A stretch of 64,000 nucleotides of DNA from Acidobacteriota bacterium. Lineage in GTDB: Bacteria > Acidobacteriota > UBA6911 > RPQK01 > JADFOI01. Positions 1-9,532 of the stretch are shown here, piece by piece (position 1 is the stretch's first letter; the number at the start of each line of letters is the position of its first letter). The notes beneath the pieces are model-generated. The model ran no database searches, had not been told where the DNA came from, and saw only the letters and a program-made list of their open reading frames with translations. The DNA lies in NCBI GenBank assembly GCA_963663035.1, contig OY760074.1, positions 512,001 through 576,000 on the forward strand, read 5' to 3'. Made by a program: the position numbers and the translations under genes.

Positions 1-181
1 CGGGGAGTTGGGCTATTACATTGTCAGCGATGGCTCGGCTCAGCCCTTCCGGGTGAGGATCCGTCCTCCCACCTTTCTCAGTCTGCAAGCCTTGCGCCGC
101 TTGGTGAAGGGGCATCTGTTTGCCGACGTGGTTGCCATAATCGGCACATTGGACATCGTTTTGGGTGAGGTCGACCGATGA
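1..181 (+). CDS. nuoD: NADH-quinone oxidoreductase subunit D, C-terminal fragment (5' end outside window)
   Basis: Frame from nt 2 reads [25 protein letters not shown]...[19 protein letters not shown], the typical NuoD C-terminus. Stop TGA overlaps the nuoH ATG (ATGA). Confidence 0.95.
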   Translation, partial: GELGYYIVSDGSAQPFRVRIRPPTFLSLQALRRLVKGHLFADVVAIIGTLDIVLGEVDR

Positions 182-1278
182 TCGAGATCTTACTTATTTA
201 TTTCCTCATACCATTGGTGAAGATTTCCGTTATCGTGTTGATCCTTTCCGGGGCAATCGCTTACTTGACACTGCTGGAACGCAAGTTGATTGCTCATATG
301 CAGGTCCGTCTTGGACCCATGAGGGTGGGATGGCACGGTCTCCTTCAGCCCATTGCCGATGGTTTGAAGTTTCTTCTCAAAGAGGACATCGTTCCCGCCA
401 AAGCCGACGCTTTGATTTTCACCATCGCACCGGCGATTTCCTTGATCCCCGCCTTCCTGGTTTTTGCAGTAGTGCCATTCGGGCCTCCTGAGATGTTTCA
501 GGGGCTGCTTCGTTGGACCCTGAGCTGGGTCCTGGACGCTGCTACCACAGAAAGAGTGGTGCAAAATGCCCTTGCTTCCGGGGGATACGTGACTGACATC
601 AACATCGCTGTCTTGTTTGTCTTGTCGGTTTCCTCGGTCGGCATTCTGGGGATCATTCTGGGAGGATGGGCATCCAACAGCAAATATCCTCTGTTGGGGG
701 CGCTGAGATCCTCCGCTCAGATGGTCAGTTACGAGGTGGCCCTTGGATTTTCCATCATTGGAGTTCTTTTGCTGGCAGGTTCTCTCAGCTTGGTCGAGAT
801 TGTTCAAGCTCAGCAGGAAGCGCACCTTTGGTATTTCTTTGTCCAGCCCCTGGCCTTTGTGATCTTTTTTATCTGTGGGCTGGCGGAAACCAATCGTCTT
901 CCCTTCGATTTTGCTGAGGCCGAAACCGAGCTGGTAGGGGGCTTTCACACCGAGTACAGTGGATTTCGATTCTCACTTTTCTTCCTGGCAGAGTACGCCA
1001 ATATGATTACCGTTTCTGCCATAGGAGTGACACTTTTTTTGGGGGGGTGGCTGCGGCCCTTTCCGAGCTTCGAGTGGCTGTCGTTCCTGGATTTCATCCC
1101 AGGCGTGATATGGTTCCTGGCCAAAGTATTTCTATGGCTTTATGTTTTCATTTGGATACGGGGAACTTTACCCCGTTTCCGGTTTGACCAACTGATGCAA
1201 TATGGTTGGAAAGTCTTTTTGCCCCTGGCACTGGGCAATGTCATTGTGTCAGCAGGCGTCTTGCTTGCGTTTTTGTGA
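178..1278 (+). CDS. nuoH: NADH-quinone oxidoreductase subunit H
   Basis: [65 protein letters not shown] motifs. Confidence 0.97.
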   Translation: MIEILLIYFLIPLVKISVIVLILSGAIAYLTLLERKLIAHMQVRLGPMRVGWHGLLQPIADGLKFLLKEDIVPAKADALIFTIAPAISLIPAFLVFAVVPFGPPEMFQGLLRWTLSWVLDAATTERVVQNALASGGYVTDINIAVLFVLSVSSVGILGIILGGWASNSKYPLLGALRSSAQMVSYEVALGFSIIGVLLLAGSLSLVEIVQAQQEAHLWYFFVQPLAFVIFFICGLAETNRLPFDFAEAETELVGGFHTEYSGFRFSLFFLAEYANMITVSAIGVTLFLGGWLRPFPSFEWLSFLDFIPGVIWFLAKVFLWLYVFIWIRGTLPRFRFDQLMQYGWKVFLPLALGNVIVSAGVLLAFL

Positions 1279-1287
1279 GAGTGAACA

Positions 1288-1752
1288 ATGGTTGACTTTT
1301 TGAGACGCATTTTTCTCATCGATATTTTAAAGGGTCTAGCCCTGACTTTCCGTTACACCTACCGGAAGGTTTACACGGAGCAGTATCCGCTGGAAAAACC
1401 GAAACTCGCGGAAAGGTATAAGGGAGCACCCCGTCTGAACAACGATCCCGTGACGGGAGAGACCCTGTGTATTGCTTGCGATCTGTGTGCCGAGATTTGT
1501 CCAGAAGATCTCATCGTTGTGGGTTCACAGCGCGATCCTGAAAGCCGGAAAAAAGTCCTCACCCATTACACATTCGATACCTCGCGTTGCCTCTTTTGCG
1601 GGTTGTGCCAGGAAGTCTGCCCGACCAACGCCATAGAGTTGACCCAGGACTTTGAATTGGCTAGCTATTCCCGAAGTAACATGGTCTGGGATCGGGCGCA
1701 GTTGGAAAAGGGATGGGATCGGATCGTGTTCGGAAAGGATTACCACAAATGA
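1288..1752 (+). CDS. nuoI: NADH-quinone oxidoreductase subunit I (2x[4Fe-4S])
   Basis: TEQYP, CIACDLCAEICP and CLFCGLCQEVCP ferredoxin motifs; lies between nuoH and nuoJ. Confidence 0.97.
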   Translation: MVDFLRRIFLIDILKGLALTFRYTYRKVYTEQYPLEKPKLAERYKGAPRLNNDPVTGETLCIACDLCAEICPEDLIVVGSQRDPESRKKVLTHYTFDTSRCLFCGLCQEVCPTNAIELTQDFELASYSRSNMVWDRAQLEKGWDRIVFGKDYHK

Positions 1753-1778
1753 AGGCTGACACCTGACACCGCTTTACC

Positions 1779-2291
1779 ATGGAAGCTACTCTCTTCTACA
1801 TACTGGCCACAATCTTGGTGGTTTTTTCTATTCTCACGGTAACTGCAGGGAACCCGGTGCGCAGTGCGGTTTATCTGATTTCCGCTCTGCTGGGAATGGC
1901 GGGACTCTTCTTTCTTCTGAAAGCCGAATTCGTTGGAGCTGTTCAGATTCTCGTCTATGTGGGTGGGATCATGGTGCTGTTCCTCTTTGTGATCATGTTG
2001 GTCAGTGTTCGGGAGGTGGAGACTCAAAGGAAAGCTAATCGCCAGTGGAAAACGGCTGTGGCCTTGGGGATTGTGCTGTCCTTCGAGCTGCTCTTTTTTG
2101 TAGTGCGAGGCTCTGCTGTCTTTCACACCGGAACGGTCAGTCAGGGATTGGTTGAACAGCCTCAGACTTACAATACGGAGTCGGTCGGTGCTCTGCTCTA
2201 CAGCACCTATCTCCTGCCCTTTGAAATAGCTTCCGTGTTATTGCTGGTTGTCATGGTTGGAGCTGTTGTTTTGACGAGGAAGCAGATATAG
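1779..2291 (+). CDS. nuoJ: NADH-quinone oxidoreductase subunit J
   Basis: AEFVGAVQILVYVGGIMVLFLFVIML and YLLPFEIASVLLLV motifs. Confidence 0.97.
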   Translation: MEATLFYILATILVVFSILTVTAGNPVRSAVYLISALLGMAGLFFLLKAEFVGAVQILVYVGGIMVLFLFVIMLVSVREVETQRKANRQWKTAVALGIVLSFELLFFVVRGSAVFHTGTVSQGLVEQPQTYNTESVGALLYSTYLLPFEIASVLLLVVMVGAVVLTRKQI

Positions 2292-2307
2292 CCCGGATTA
2301 TGCATAG
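2289..2307 (+). repeat. Solo terminal repeat of the palindromic MITE-like family
   Basis: TAGCCCGGATTATGCATAG matches the left end of the copies at 12898 and 40571 and overlaps the nuoJ stop codon. Confidence 0.75.
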
Positions 2308-2332
2308 TCCTTGCTGCTGAAAGGATTCAAAT

Positions 2333-2635
2333 ATGGTGGATACTTCACACTATCTGGTTCTCAGCACCATTGTTTTTACGATTGGAGTCATAGGAGTTCT
2401 CACGCGCCGAAATGTCATCATCATCCTGATGTCGATTGAACTGATGCTCAACTCGGTCAACTTGAACCTGGTTGCTTTCTCCGACAGACTTCAGGATCTC
2501 TCGGGCCAGGTCTTTGCTGTTTTTGTCATCACCGTGGCAGCAGCGGAGGCGGCCATTGGTCTGGGCATCGTGATTGCTCTGTTTAGCAACAAGGAGACGG
2601 TGAATGTGGACGAGATTGACCTCCTGAGAGGATAG
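2333..2635 (+). CDS. nuoK: NADH-quinone oxidoreductase subunit K
   Basis: [40 protein letters not shown]. Confidence 0.97.
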   Translation: MVDTSHYLVLSTIVFTIGVIGVLTRRNVIIILMSIELMLNSVNLNLVAFSDRLQDLSGQVFAVFVITVAAAEAAIGLGIVIALFSNKETVNVDEIDLLRG

Positions 2636-2638
2636 CCC

Positions 2639-4732
2639 ATGCTGAACACTCTCTGGCTCATTCCCCTGTCTCCACTCATCGGCTTTTTTCTCAATGGTCT
2701 GTTCGGACTGTGGAAGGTCTCCAGAACCGGAAGCGGTCCTAAAAAGTTCTACGTTTACTGCGTTGCCTGTGGGAGTATCCTGATCTCTCTGCTCCTTTCT
2801 GTGGGCTGTTTCTGGGCACTGGTCCAACTCGACCCGGAGCATCGACTGGTGGAACAGGAGCTGTTTACCTGGATCAGCGGCCCGGCGGTGCTCACTGCTG
2901 CAGGTGAACTGGCCAACTTCCACATCACCTGGGGACTCCAGCTGGATCCGCTCTCTGCCGTAATGATCCTGGTGGTCACGGGAGTGGGCTTTCTGATTCA
3001 TGTTTATGCCATTGGCTACATGGCGGAGGAGGAGGGTTTCTATCGTTTTTTCGCTTACATGAACCTCTTCATGTTCATGATGCTGACCCTGGTTCTCGCC
3101 AGCAATTACCTGGTCATGTTTGTGGGGTGGGAAGGGGTGGGTCTCTGCTCGTATTTGTTAATTGGCTACTACATCCACAAAAAGAGTGCCGGCGACGCGG
3201 CCAAAAAGGCCTTTGTGGTCAACCGAATAGGAGATTTTGCCTTCATCATTGGGATGCTGATGATGTTTACCTATTTTGGCACGTTGGACTTCACTGAACT
3301 GTTTCACGGAGTAGGGGAGATGTTTCCCACTCCGGAATCAACCTGGGGCCCGCTGAGCTGGATCGCCTTGCTGCTGTTCATTGGTGCCACTGGGAAGAGT
3401 GCCCAGATTCCACTCTTTGTGTGGTTGCCTGACGCCATGGAGGGACCCACACCGGTGAGTGCCCTCATCCATGCGGCGACGATGGTAACGGCCGGAGTCT
3501 ATATGGTGGCCCGCTCGAGCGCCATTTACAGTCGTGCCCCCGACGTGCTTTTGATCGTGGCTGTAGTGGGTATCTGTACAGCCTTGCTGGCAGCCTCCAT
3601 TGCTCTTTTCCAGCACGACATCAAGAGAGTGCTGGCCTACTCGACAGTCAGTCAGCTGGGCTATATGTTCGCCGCCCTGGGAGTGGGAGCTGCAGCCGCT
3701 GGGATCTTTCACCTGATGACCCATGCTTTCTTCAAGGCACTGCTCTTCTTGGGATCAGGAAGCGTCATCGTGGCTCTTCATCATGAGCAGGATATGAGGA
3801 AGATGGGCGGTTTGAGGAAGTACCTCCCCAGGACCTGGTGGACCATGGGGATTGCTTCCCTGGCCATCGCGGGTGTACCCGGTCTGTCCGGCTTTTTTTC
3901 CAAGGATGAAATTTTGTGGCGGGCTTTCAGTAACCCTCAGGGGCACCTCCTGATCTGGTTGGTGGGAGTCCTGGTGGCAGGGATGACCGCCTTTTACATG
4001 ATGCGCCTCATGTTTCTCACCTTCCACGGGGAGGAGAGGATCTCGCCGGAAGTGGCAAGCCATGTTCATGAATCCCCAAATGTGATGACTGTGCCCTTGA
4101 TTGCCCTGGCCATCGGATCTGTGCTGGTGGGATACCTGGGTCTACCTGCCTGGTTGGGACCCAATGCCTTTGAGCACTTTCTGGAGCCCGCCTTCGAAAC
4201 CAGTTATCAGTCGGCGGGTGAACCAGCTGCCTCCGGACATTCCACCGAGATACTCTTAACCTTCGTTTCGATTACCCTGGCTGGAATCGGAATCTTTCTG
4301 GCCTATCATTTCTTCCTGAAATGCAAGGAGAAACCGGCCCAGTGGCGGGAGCGATTCAGTGGCCTTCACCAGCTCATCTACAACAAATACTATGTGGATG
4401 AGGCCTACGATCTCTTGTTCGTCAGTGGAGGGAAAGGCTGGGGTCGGTTTTTGGGAGCGAAGAATTGGGGTCGACATTTTTCAGCCTTCGACAACAACGT
4501 GGTGGACGGAGCTGTCAATGGCAGTGCCACCATTACGCACATCTCAGCTTGGCTCTCGGGTCAGGCTGACATTCACATTGTGGATCGCATCGTCAACTTG
4601 GTGGCCAAAGTGTTTGAGTTGTGCAGTACCGTCTTAGGGAAGCTTCAAACCGGGCTGGTGCAGCGATATGCCCTGTTCTTTGTGATCGGGATTATCCTGG
4701 TGATCAGCCTCTATCTCTACATGGGAGTGTAG
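2639..4732 (+). CDS. nuoL: NADH-quinone oxidoreductase subunit L, with extended lateral helix
   Basis: GWEGVGLCSYLLIG, GKSAQIPLFVWLPDAMEGPTPVSALIHAATMVTAG, FHLMTHAFFKALLFL, C-terminal LQTG. Confidence 0.97.
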   Translation: MLNTLWLIPLSPLIGFFLNGLFGLWKVSRTGSGPKKFYVYCVACGSILISLLLSVGCFWALVQLDPEHRLVEQELFTWISGPAVLTAAGELANFHITWGLQLDPLSAVMILVVTGVGFLIHVYAIGYMAEEEGFYRFFAYMNLFMFMMLTLVLASNYLVMFVGWEGVGLCSYLLIGYYIHKKSAGDAAKKAFVVNRIGDFAFIIGMLMMFTYFGTLDFTELFHGVGEMFPTPESTWGPLSWIALLLFIGATGKSAQIPLFVWLPDAMEGPTPVSALIHAATMVTAGVYMVARSSAIYSRAPDVLLIVAVVGICTALLAASIALFQHDIKRVLAYSTVSQLGYMFAALGVGAAAAGIFHLMTHAFFKALLFLGSGSVIVALHHEQDMRKMGGLRKYLPRTWWTMGIASLAIAGVPGLSGFFSKDEILWRAFSNPQGHLLIWLVGVLVAGMTAFYMMRLMFLTFHGEERISPEVASHVHESPNVMTVPLIALAIGSVLVGYLGLPAWLGPNAFEHFLEPAFETSYQSAGEPAASGHSTEILLTFVSITLAGIGIFLAYHFFLKCKEKPAQWRERFSGLHQLIYNKYYVDEAYDLLFVSGGKGWGRFLGAKNWGRHFSAFDNNVVDGAVNGSATITHISAWLSGQADIHIVDRIVNLVAKVFELCSTVLGKLQTGLVQRYALFFVIGIILVISLYLYMGV

Positions 4733-4735
4733 TCG

Positions 4736-6295
4736 ATGAGTTTTTTTATGGAGAACATTCTCACCATCGTGTGTTTTTTCCCGCTCGTTGGAGTGGTGCT
4801 CATTGTACTGTGGCCGAAAGGAGAGGGCCAGGACGATTCGATTAAATGGATTGCCAATATCGTTTCCTTCATCGGCTTTCTCATCTCTCTTCCGCTCATT
4901 ACCCAGTTTAATAATCCCGGTCACATTCAAGAGGCCACCGGCATGAGATTTGTGATCCGGGCGGACTGGATCGATGCCATCGGCGCCCAGTACCACTTTG
5001 GTATCGATGGGATCAGTATGCTGCTGATTCTCCTGACGACGCTTCTAGGTTTTATTTCGATTCTTTCCTCCTGGTCGGCGATTACGGAGCGGGTCAGGGA
5101 ATACTATTGCTACTTTCTCCTGCTTCAAGTGGGGATGTTAGGTGTCTTCATGGCACTGGACTTCTTTCTTTTCTATGTCTTCTGGGAAGTCATGCTGGTG
5201 CCCATGTACTTCATTATCGGGGTGTGGGGAGGACCTCGCAAGCTCTATGCGGCCATTAAATTCTTCCTCTACACATTAGCCGGCTCGGTCCTTTTGCTCC
5301 TGGGTATTCTGGCCCTCTACTTCTATCAGCACAGCGTGACGGGAGTTTGGTCCTTTGACATCCTGGCCCTGCAGCAGCTGGACATTCCTCTGGAATTGCA
5401 GGGGTGGATTTTCCTGGCCCTTTTCCTGGGTTTTGCCATTAAGGTCCCCATGTTCCCTTTCCATACCTGGCTTCCTGATGCTCACGTGGAGGCGCCCACT
5501 GCCGGGTCCGTCATTTTGGCCGCCATTTTGTTGAAGATGGGGACCTACGGGTTTGTCCGCCTCAGCCTGCCCATTCTTCCTGAGGCGTCGATGGCATTCC
5601 TCTATCCCCTCTTGATTTTATGTGTCATCGGCATTATCTACGGTGCCCTGGTGGCCATGATGCAAAAGGATATGAAAAAGCTGGTGGCTTACTCTTCGGT
5701 CAGCCACCTGGGCTTTTGCATGTTGGGAGTATTTGTTGCCACCCCGGTGGCTCTGGAAGGCGGAATCCTGCAGATGATTAACCACGGAATCTCCACAGGG
5801 GCTCTCTTCTTGATTGTGGGCGTCCTTTACGAGAGGCGTCACACCCGGATGATTGCCGACTTTGGAGGGCTCTCCCAGATCATGCCGGTTTACGCCACCG
5901 TTTTTTTGATCATGACCCTTTCTTCGATTGGCATGCCCGCACTCAACGGGTTCATCGGGGAGTTCATGATCCTGCAAGGAGTGTTCGCGGACCCCACCTA
6001 CAGGCTCTGGGCGGTTTTCGGGGCGGTGGGTATTGTCCTGGGTGCGGCCTACATGTTGTGGCTTTATCAGCGTGTGATGTTCGGCCCGCTGGATAACCCG
6101 GAGAACCAAAATCTCCCAGATTTGAACTGGCGGGAACTGGCGACCTTTGTGCCTTTGATCATTCTGGCCTTCTGGATCGGGCTCTACCCGAAAACCTTTC
6201 TGGATTATCTCCATGATCCGGTCAATCAGATCGTTGAAAGAGTGCACCCAGGCGAGTTTGGCCCTCTTCCTGTTCAGGTGGCGGTGAGGGAGTAA
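4736..6295 (+). CDS. nuoM: NADH-quinone oxidoreductase subunit M
   Basis: FYVFWEVMLVPMY, AIKVPMFPFHTWLPDAHVEAPT, LLKMGTYG, NGFIGEF. Confidence 0.97.
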   Translation: MSFFMENILTIVCFFPLVGVVLIVLWPKGEGQDDSIKWIANIVSFIGFLISLPLITQFNNPGHIQEATGMRFVIRADWIDAIGAQYHFGIDGISMLLILLTTLLGFISILSSWSAITERVREYYCYFLLLQVGMLGVFMALDFFLFYVFWEVMLVPMYFIIGVWGGPRKLYAAIKFFLYTLAGSVLLLLGILALYFYQHSVTGVWSFDILALQQLDIPLELQGWIFLALFLGFAIKVPMFPFHTWLPDAHVEAPTAGSVILAAILLKMGTYGFVRLSLPILPEASMAFLYPLLILCVIGIIYGALVAMMQKDMKKLVAYSSVSHLGFCMLGVFVATPVALEGGILQMINHGISTGALFLIVGVLYERRHTRMIADFGGLSQIMPVYATVFLIMTLSSIGMPALNGFIGEFMILQGVFADPTYRLWAVFGAVGIVLGAAYMLWLYQRVMFGPLDNPENQNLPDLNWRELATFVPLIILAFWIGLYPKTFLDYLHDPVNQIVERVHPGEFGPLPVQVAVRE

Positions 6296-6298
6296 TGA

Positions 6299-7789
6299 AT
6301 GCCTGAGATTCCGATATTGGAGAACCTTGTGGGGTCCTTCCAGGCCATTGGACCCCAAATCCATCTCATTCTCTGGGCTCTGGGAATCTTGTGCCTTGAC
6401 TTCCTGACTCCACCAGGCAAGAAGGGCTTCGGTGCAGTTCTTGCTTTGAGCGGACTGTTGATAGCTTCTGCCCAGCTGTATTCGTCTTGGGATGTCGGAC
6501 CAGTTTCTGCCTTTTACGACATGCTCGCGCTCGACTCCTTTGCCCTTTACTTCGATTTACTTTTTCTTGTGGCCGCTTTTCTGGTTGTGTTGATGTCGTA
6601 CAAGTACCTGGAGGTTGAAGATGAACAGCAAATGGAGTACTACGCGCTCATTCTCTTCGCCACCGCTGGGATGATGTTCATGGCCGGCGCCATTGATCTG
6701 GTGAGCCTTTTTATCAGTCTGGAGCTGATGTCCATTTCCACCTATGTCCTGGTCGGCTTTCTGAGAAACCGAAAGAGATCCAATGAAGCCTCACTGAAGT
6801 ACTTCCTCCTGGGAGCTTTCTCTACCGGAATCATACTGTACGGGATGTCACTGCTTTACGGACTGGGCGGTAGTACAAACCTGCATGAGATCGCACGGCA
6901 GGTCTCCCAATTGGAGAACAACACCCTACTGACGCTTTCTCTCTTCATGATCATGGCGGGTTTGTGCTTTAAGATTGCCGCCGTTCCGTTTCACATGTGG
7001 GTTCCCGATACCTACGAGGGAGCCCCTACTTCCATTACCGCCTTTATGTCGGTGGCGGTGAAAGCGGCGGCTTTTGCCATCTTTTTCCGAATCTTTTTCG
7101 TAGCCTTTGGCGATCTGCGTGAAGTTTTTATATTTCCTCTGGCTCTCATTGCCATGGTTACAATCACCTGGGGAAATGTGGCCGCTCTGAGCCAACAGAA
7201 TGTCAAGAGGTTGTTGGCATACTCCAGTATTTCTCACGCTGGTTTTGTCCTGATGGGACTGGTGGCTGGCACCGAGCGCGGAGTCACCGCCTCGGCGCTC
7301 TATCTGTTGGCTTATACCTTCATGAATTTAGGTATCTGGGCGGGAGTGATCTTGCTGCGGCGCAAAGATATCCCTGGGGAGAGAGTGGAAGACTTTGACG
7401 GCCTCTACTTCAAACACCCGGCCCTTGCCGTTCTGATGCTGGTCTTTTTCCTGTCTTTAGCAGGAATTCCTCCCTTGGCAGGATTTTTCGCCAAGTACTA
7501 TGTTTTTCTTTCAGTGCTGGAAGTTGCGTTCATTCCGGGTGAACCCCATTCCTCCCTGATGGTTTGGCTGGCAGTGGTGGCTGCTCTAAACGTGGTGGTT
7601 GCCCTGTACTATTACTTCCGCATTGTGGTGTCGATGTTCATGAAAACGGATTCTGTACCTGTTCCTTTGAGCTTTTCGAAGGGCTTGCTGGTGGTGCTGG
7701 TTATTACCGGATTCTTCACCCTTCTGATAGGGGTCTATCCCGAGCCCTTTATTAAGCTTGCCCAAGCCGTCAGCCTGCCGCTGATTTAG
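6299..7789 (+). CDS. nuoN: NADH-quinone oxidoreductase subunit N
   Basis: SNEASLKYFLLG, FKIAAVPFHMWVPDTYEGAPT, KRLLAYSSISHAG, SLAGIPPLAGFFAK. Confidence 0.97.
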   Translation: MPEIPILENLVGSFQAIGPQIHLILWALGILCLDFLTPPGKKGFGAVLALSGLLIASAQLYSSWDVGPVSAFYDMLALDSFALYFDLLFLVAAFLVVLMSYKYLEVEDEQQMEYYALILFATAGMMFMAGAIDLVSLFISLELMSISTYVLVGFLRNRKRSNEASLKYFLLGAFSTGIILYGMSLLYGLGGSTNLHEIARQVSQLENNTLLTLSLFMIMAGLCFKIAAVPFHMWVPDTYEGAPTSITAFMSVAVKAAAFAIFFRIFFVAFGDLREVFIFPLALIAMVTITWGNVAALSQQNVKRLLAYSSISHAGFVLMGLVAGTERGVTASALYLLAYTFMNLGIWAGVILLRRKDIPGERVEDFDGLYFKHPALAVLMLVFFLSLAGIPPLAGFFAKYYVFLSVLEVAFIPGEPHSSLMVWLAVVAALNVVVALYYYFRIVVSMFMKTDSVPVPLSFSKGLLVVLVITGFFTLLIGVYPEPFIKLAQAVSLPLI

Positions 7790-7966
7790 CCTGGATTATG
7801 CATAAATTCTCTACTGCAGCGACGAAATCATCCGCCCTGACTGCGTTGCGCGACCCGCTAGCGGGTACCCCTCGCGCGCCAGTCGGAGCCGCAGGCTAAA
7901 GCCCACGGCTCTGTTTTCCGGCGCTTGTCGTCGCTTCGTGACAAGAACCTATGGATAACCCAGGCT
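7788..7966. mobile_element. Palindromic MITE-like element, copy 1 (179 bp)
   Basis: Ends AGCCTGGATTATGCATA...TATGGATAACCCAGGCT are imperfect inverted repeats extending ~40 bp inward (to GCGACGAAA/TTGTCGTCGC). Interior is homologous to the copies at 12898 and 40571. Confidence 0.8.
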
Positions 7967-7980
7967 AGGAGGCAGGAGAA

Positions 7981-8223
7981 ATGGCCGGTCAGCGTGATCA
8001 TTTTCTGGCAAAATCCTTTGAGTATTTGCAAGAAAATGTCCGCCGGTCGGGACCGGCCGCAGCAGCCAGTTATACCTTGGTGGGAGCTGTGCTATTGTTG
8101 GGTGCGGGTGGTTACCTGATTGACCAGTGGCGTGATACCGACCCCTGGTTTTTGCTGGGAGGATTGATGTTGGGTCTAGTGGTTGGTTTTTACGAAATTG
8201 CGAAAGCGATCTGGAAGCGATGA
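7981..8223 (+). CDS. AtpZ/AtpI-type small membrane protein (ATP synthase gene 1)
   Basis: Two TM segments with GYLIDQWRDTDPWFLLGG, typical of this family; first gene of the atp cluster. Confidence 0.8.
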   Translation: MAGQRDHFLAKSFEYLQENVRRSGPAAAASYTLVGAVLLLGAGGYLIDQWRDTDPWFLLGGLMLGLVVGFYEIAKAIWKR

Positions 8224-8573
8224 ACATCCTTTGGTACATCCTTGTGTTGTGTGTCGGCTCCTGGGGACTTGTCTCCTGGATGGTGCCTGAATCGGTGGTG
8301 GAGATTTTCCTGGGCATGCTGATCCCTTTGCTGTTGGGAATTGGGACCATCGTGCTGGTGAAAAGAACCTATCAAAGGGACGCCAGGAGACTCACTGCGC
8401 TGCTGACAAAAGCCTTTGTGGGCAAGATGCTGCTCTACGGAGTTTATGTGGCCGTGATTGTCGGCTTTTTTTCGTTCCAGCCAGTGCCCTTTGCGATCAG
8501 TTTTACCGTTTACTTTACGGGCCTTCATCTAGCTGAAGCGCTCTATTTGAAGACTCTGTTCGAAGGTAGATAA
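8220..8573 (+). CDS. ATP synthase I-like membrane protein
   Basis: 117 aa, four hydrophobic segments, lies between the AtpZ-like gene and atpB. Confidence 0.65.
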   Translation: MNILWYILVLCVGSWGLVSWMVPESVVEIFLGMLIPLLLGIGTIVLVKRTYQRDARRLTALLTKAFVGKMLLYGVYVAVIVGFFSFQPVPFAISFTVYFTGLHLAEALYLKTLFEGR

Positions 8574-8594
8574 AAGAGCGGTGAGGAAGACATC

Positions 8595-9509
8595 ATGATC
8601 CCAGCTCAAGAGACTGGATCCGAAGGATTCGATGCTGGAGAAGTGATCATTGAGCACGTTTCAAACAGCCCACTTGATCATCCCATTATTGAATTGCCAA
8701 CCCTATTGGGCATCAACTTCTCCGTGACCAAGCATGTCTTGATGCTGTGGATCGTGGCGGCTCTTTTATTTGTGGTCATTACCTGGTCTACCCGGAAATA
8801 TCTGAAGCAGGATCGTCCAGTGCCTTCCGGATTCATGAATGCCCTGGAGGCAGTGGTCCAGTTCATTCGGGATTCGATTGTTCTCCCCAATGTGGGAGAG
8901 AGGTTCTTGAATACCTGGACCCCCCTGGTTCTGACCTTCTTTTTCTTCATTGTGACGGCAAATGCCTTCGGCCTGATTCCGTTGTTTGAAGTGGTTGGTG
9001 CTGTTGATCGCTTTGTTTTACATACCGACCACGAGTCCATCATCAATCGAGTGCTTCACGGTGGGGCGACCGCCACCGGGAATTACAATGTGACCGCTGG
9101 TCTGGCCACCATCACCTTTCTGGCTATCATTGTGGCTGGAACGAAAGCCCACGGTTTCCTCAAGCACTGGAAAAATCTGGCACCTTCTGGTTTAGCCTGG
9201 CCAGTCTATTTTATTCTGATTCCTATTGAAGTCATGGGGATGCTGGTCAAGCCCTTTGCCCTGACCATGCGGTTGGCGGCCAACATGACGGGGGGCCATA
9301 TAGCTATCATGGCGATCCTCTCCTTTGTGTTCATTTTCGGTGAGATGTTTCAGAGTGCTCTGGTTGGTATCGGTGTGGGCCTTCTGGTGTCGGTCCCACT
9401 GGCGGTGGGCATTTCCGCTTTGGAAATCATTATTGTGTTGGTGCAGGCCTATGTCTTCACCCTGCTGACGGCCGTGTTCATTGGCATGGCAATCAATGTT
9501 CATCACTAA
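8595..9509 (+). CDS. atpB: F0F1 ATP synthase subunit a
   Basis: KPFALTMRLAANMTGGH (essential Arg) and LEIIIVLVQAYVFTLLTAVFI. Confidence 0.96.
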   Translation: MIPAQETGSEGFDAGEVIIEHVSNSPLDHPIIELPTLLGINFSVTKHVLMLWIVAALLFVVITWSTRKYLKQDRPVPSGFMNALEAVVQFIRDSIVLPNVGERFLNTWTPLVLTFFFFIVTANAFGLIPLFEVVGAVDRFVLHTDHESIINRVLHGGATATGNYNVTAGLATITFLAIIVAGTKAHGFLKHWKNLAPSGLAWPVYFILIPIEVMGMLVKPFALTMRLAANMTGGHIAIMAILSFVFIFGEMFQSALVGIGVGLLVSVPLAVGISALEIIIVLVQAYVFTLLTAVFIGMAINVHH

Positions 9510-9532
9510 TCGTACGAAACGGAGGTACCGAT

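Noticed and set aside
190-948. Long antisense ORFs over nuo, valS, serA and other genes
   Set aside because: These are shadow ORFs opposite well-supported genes and contain no motifs.
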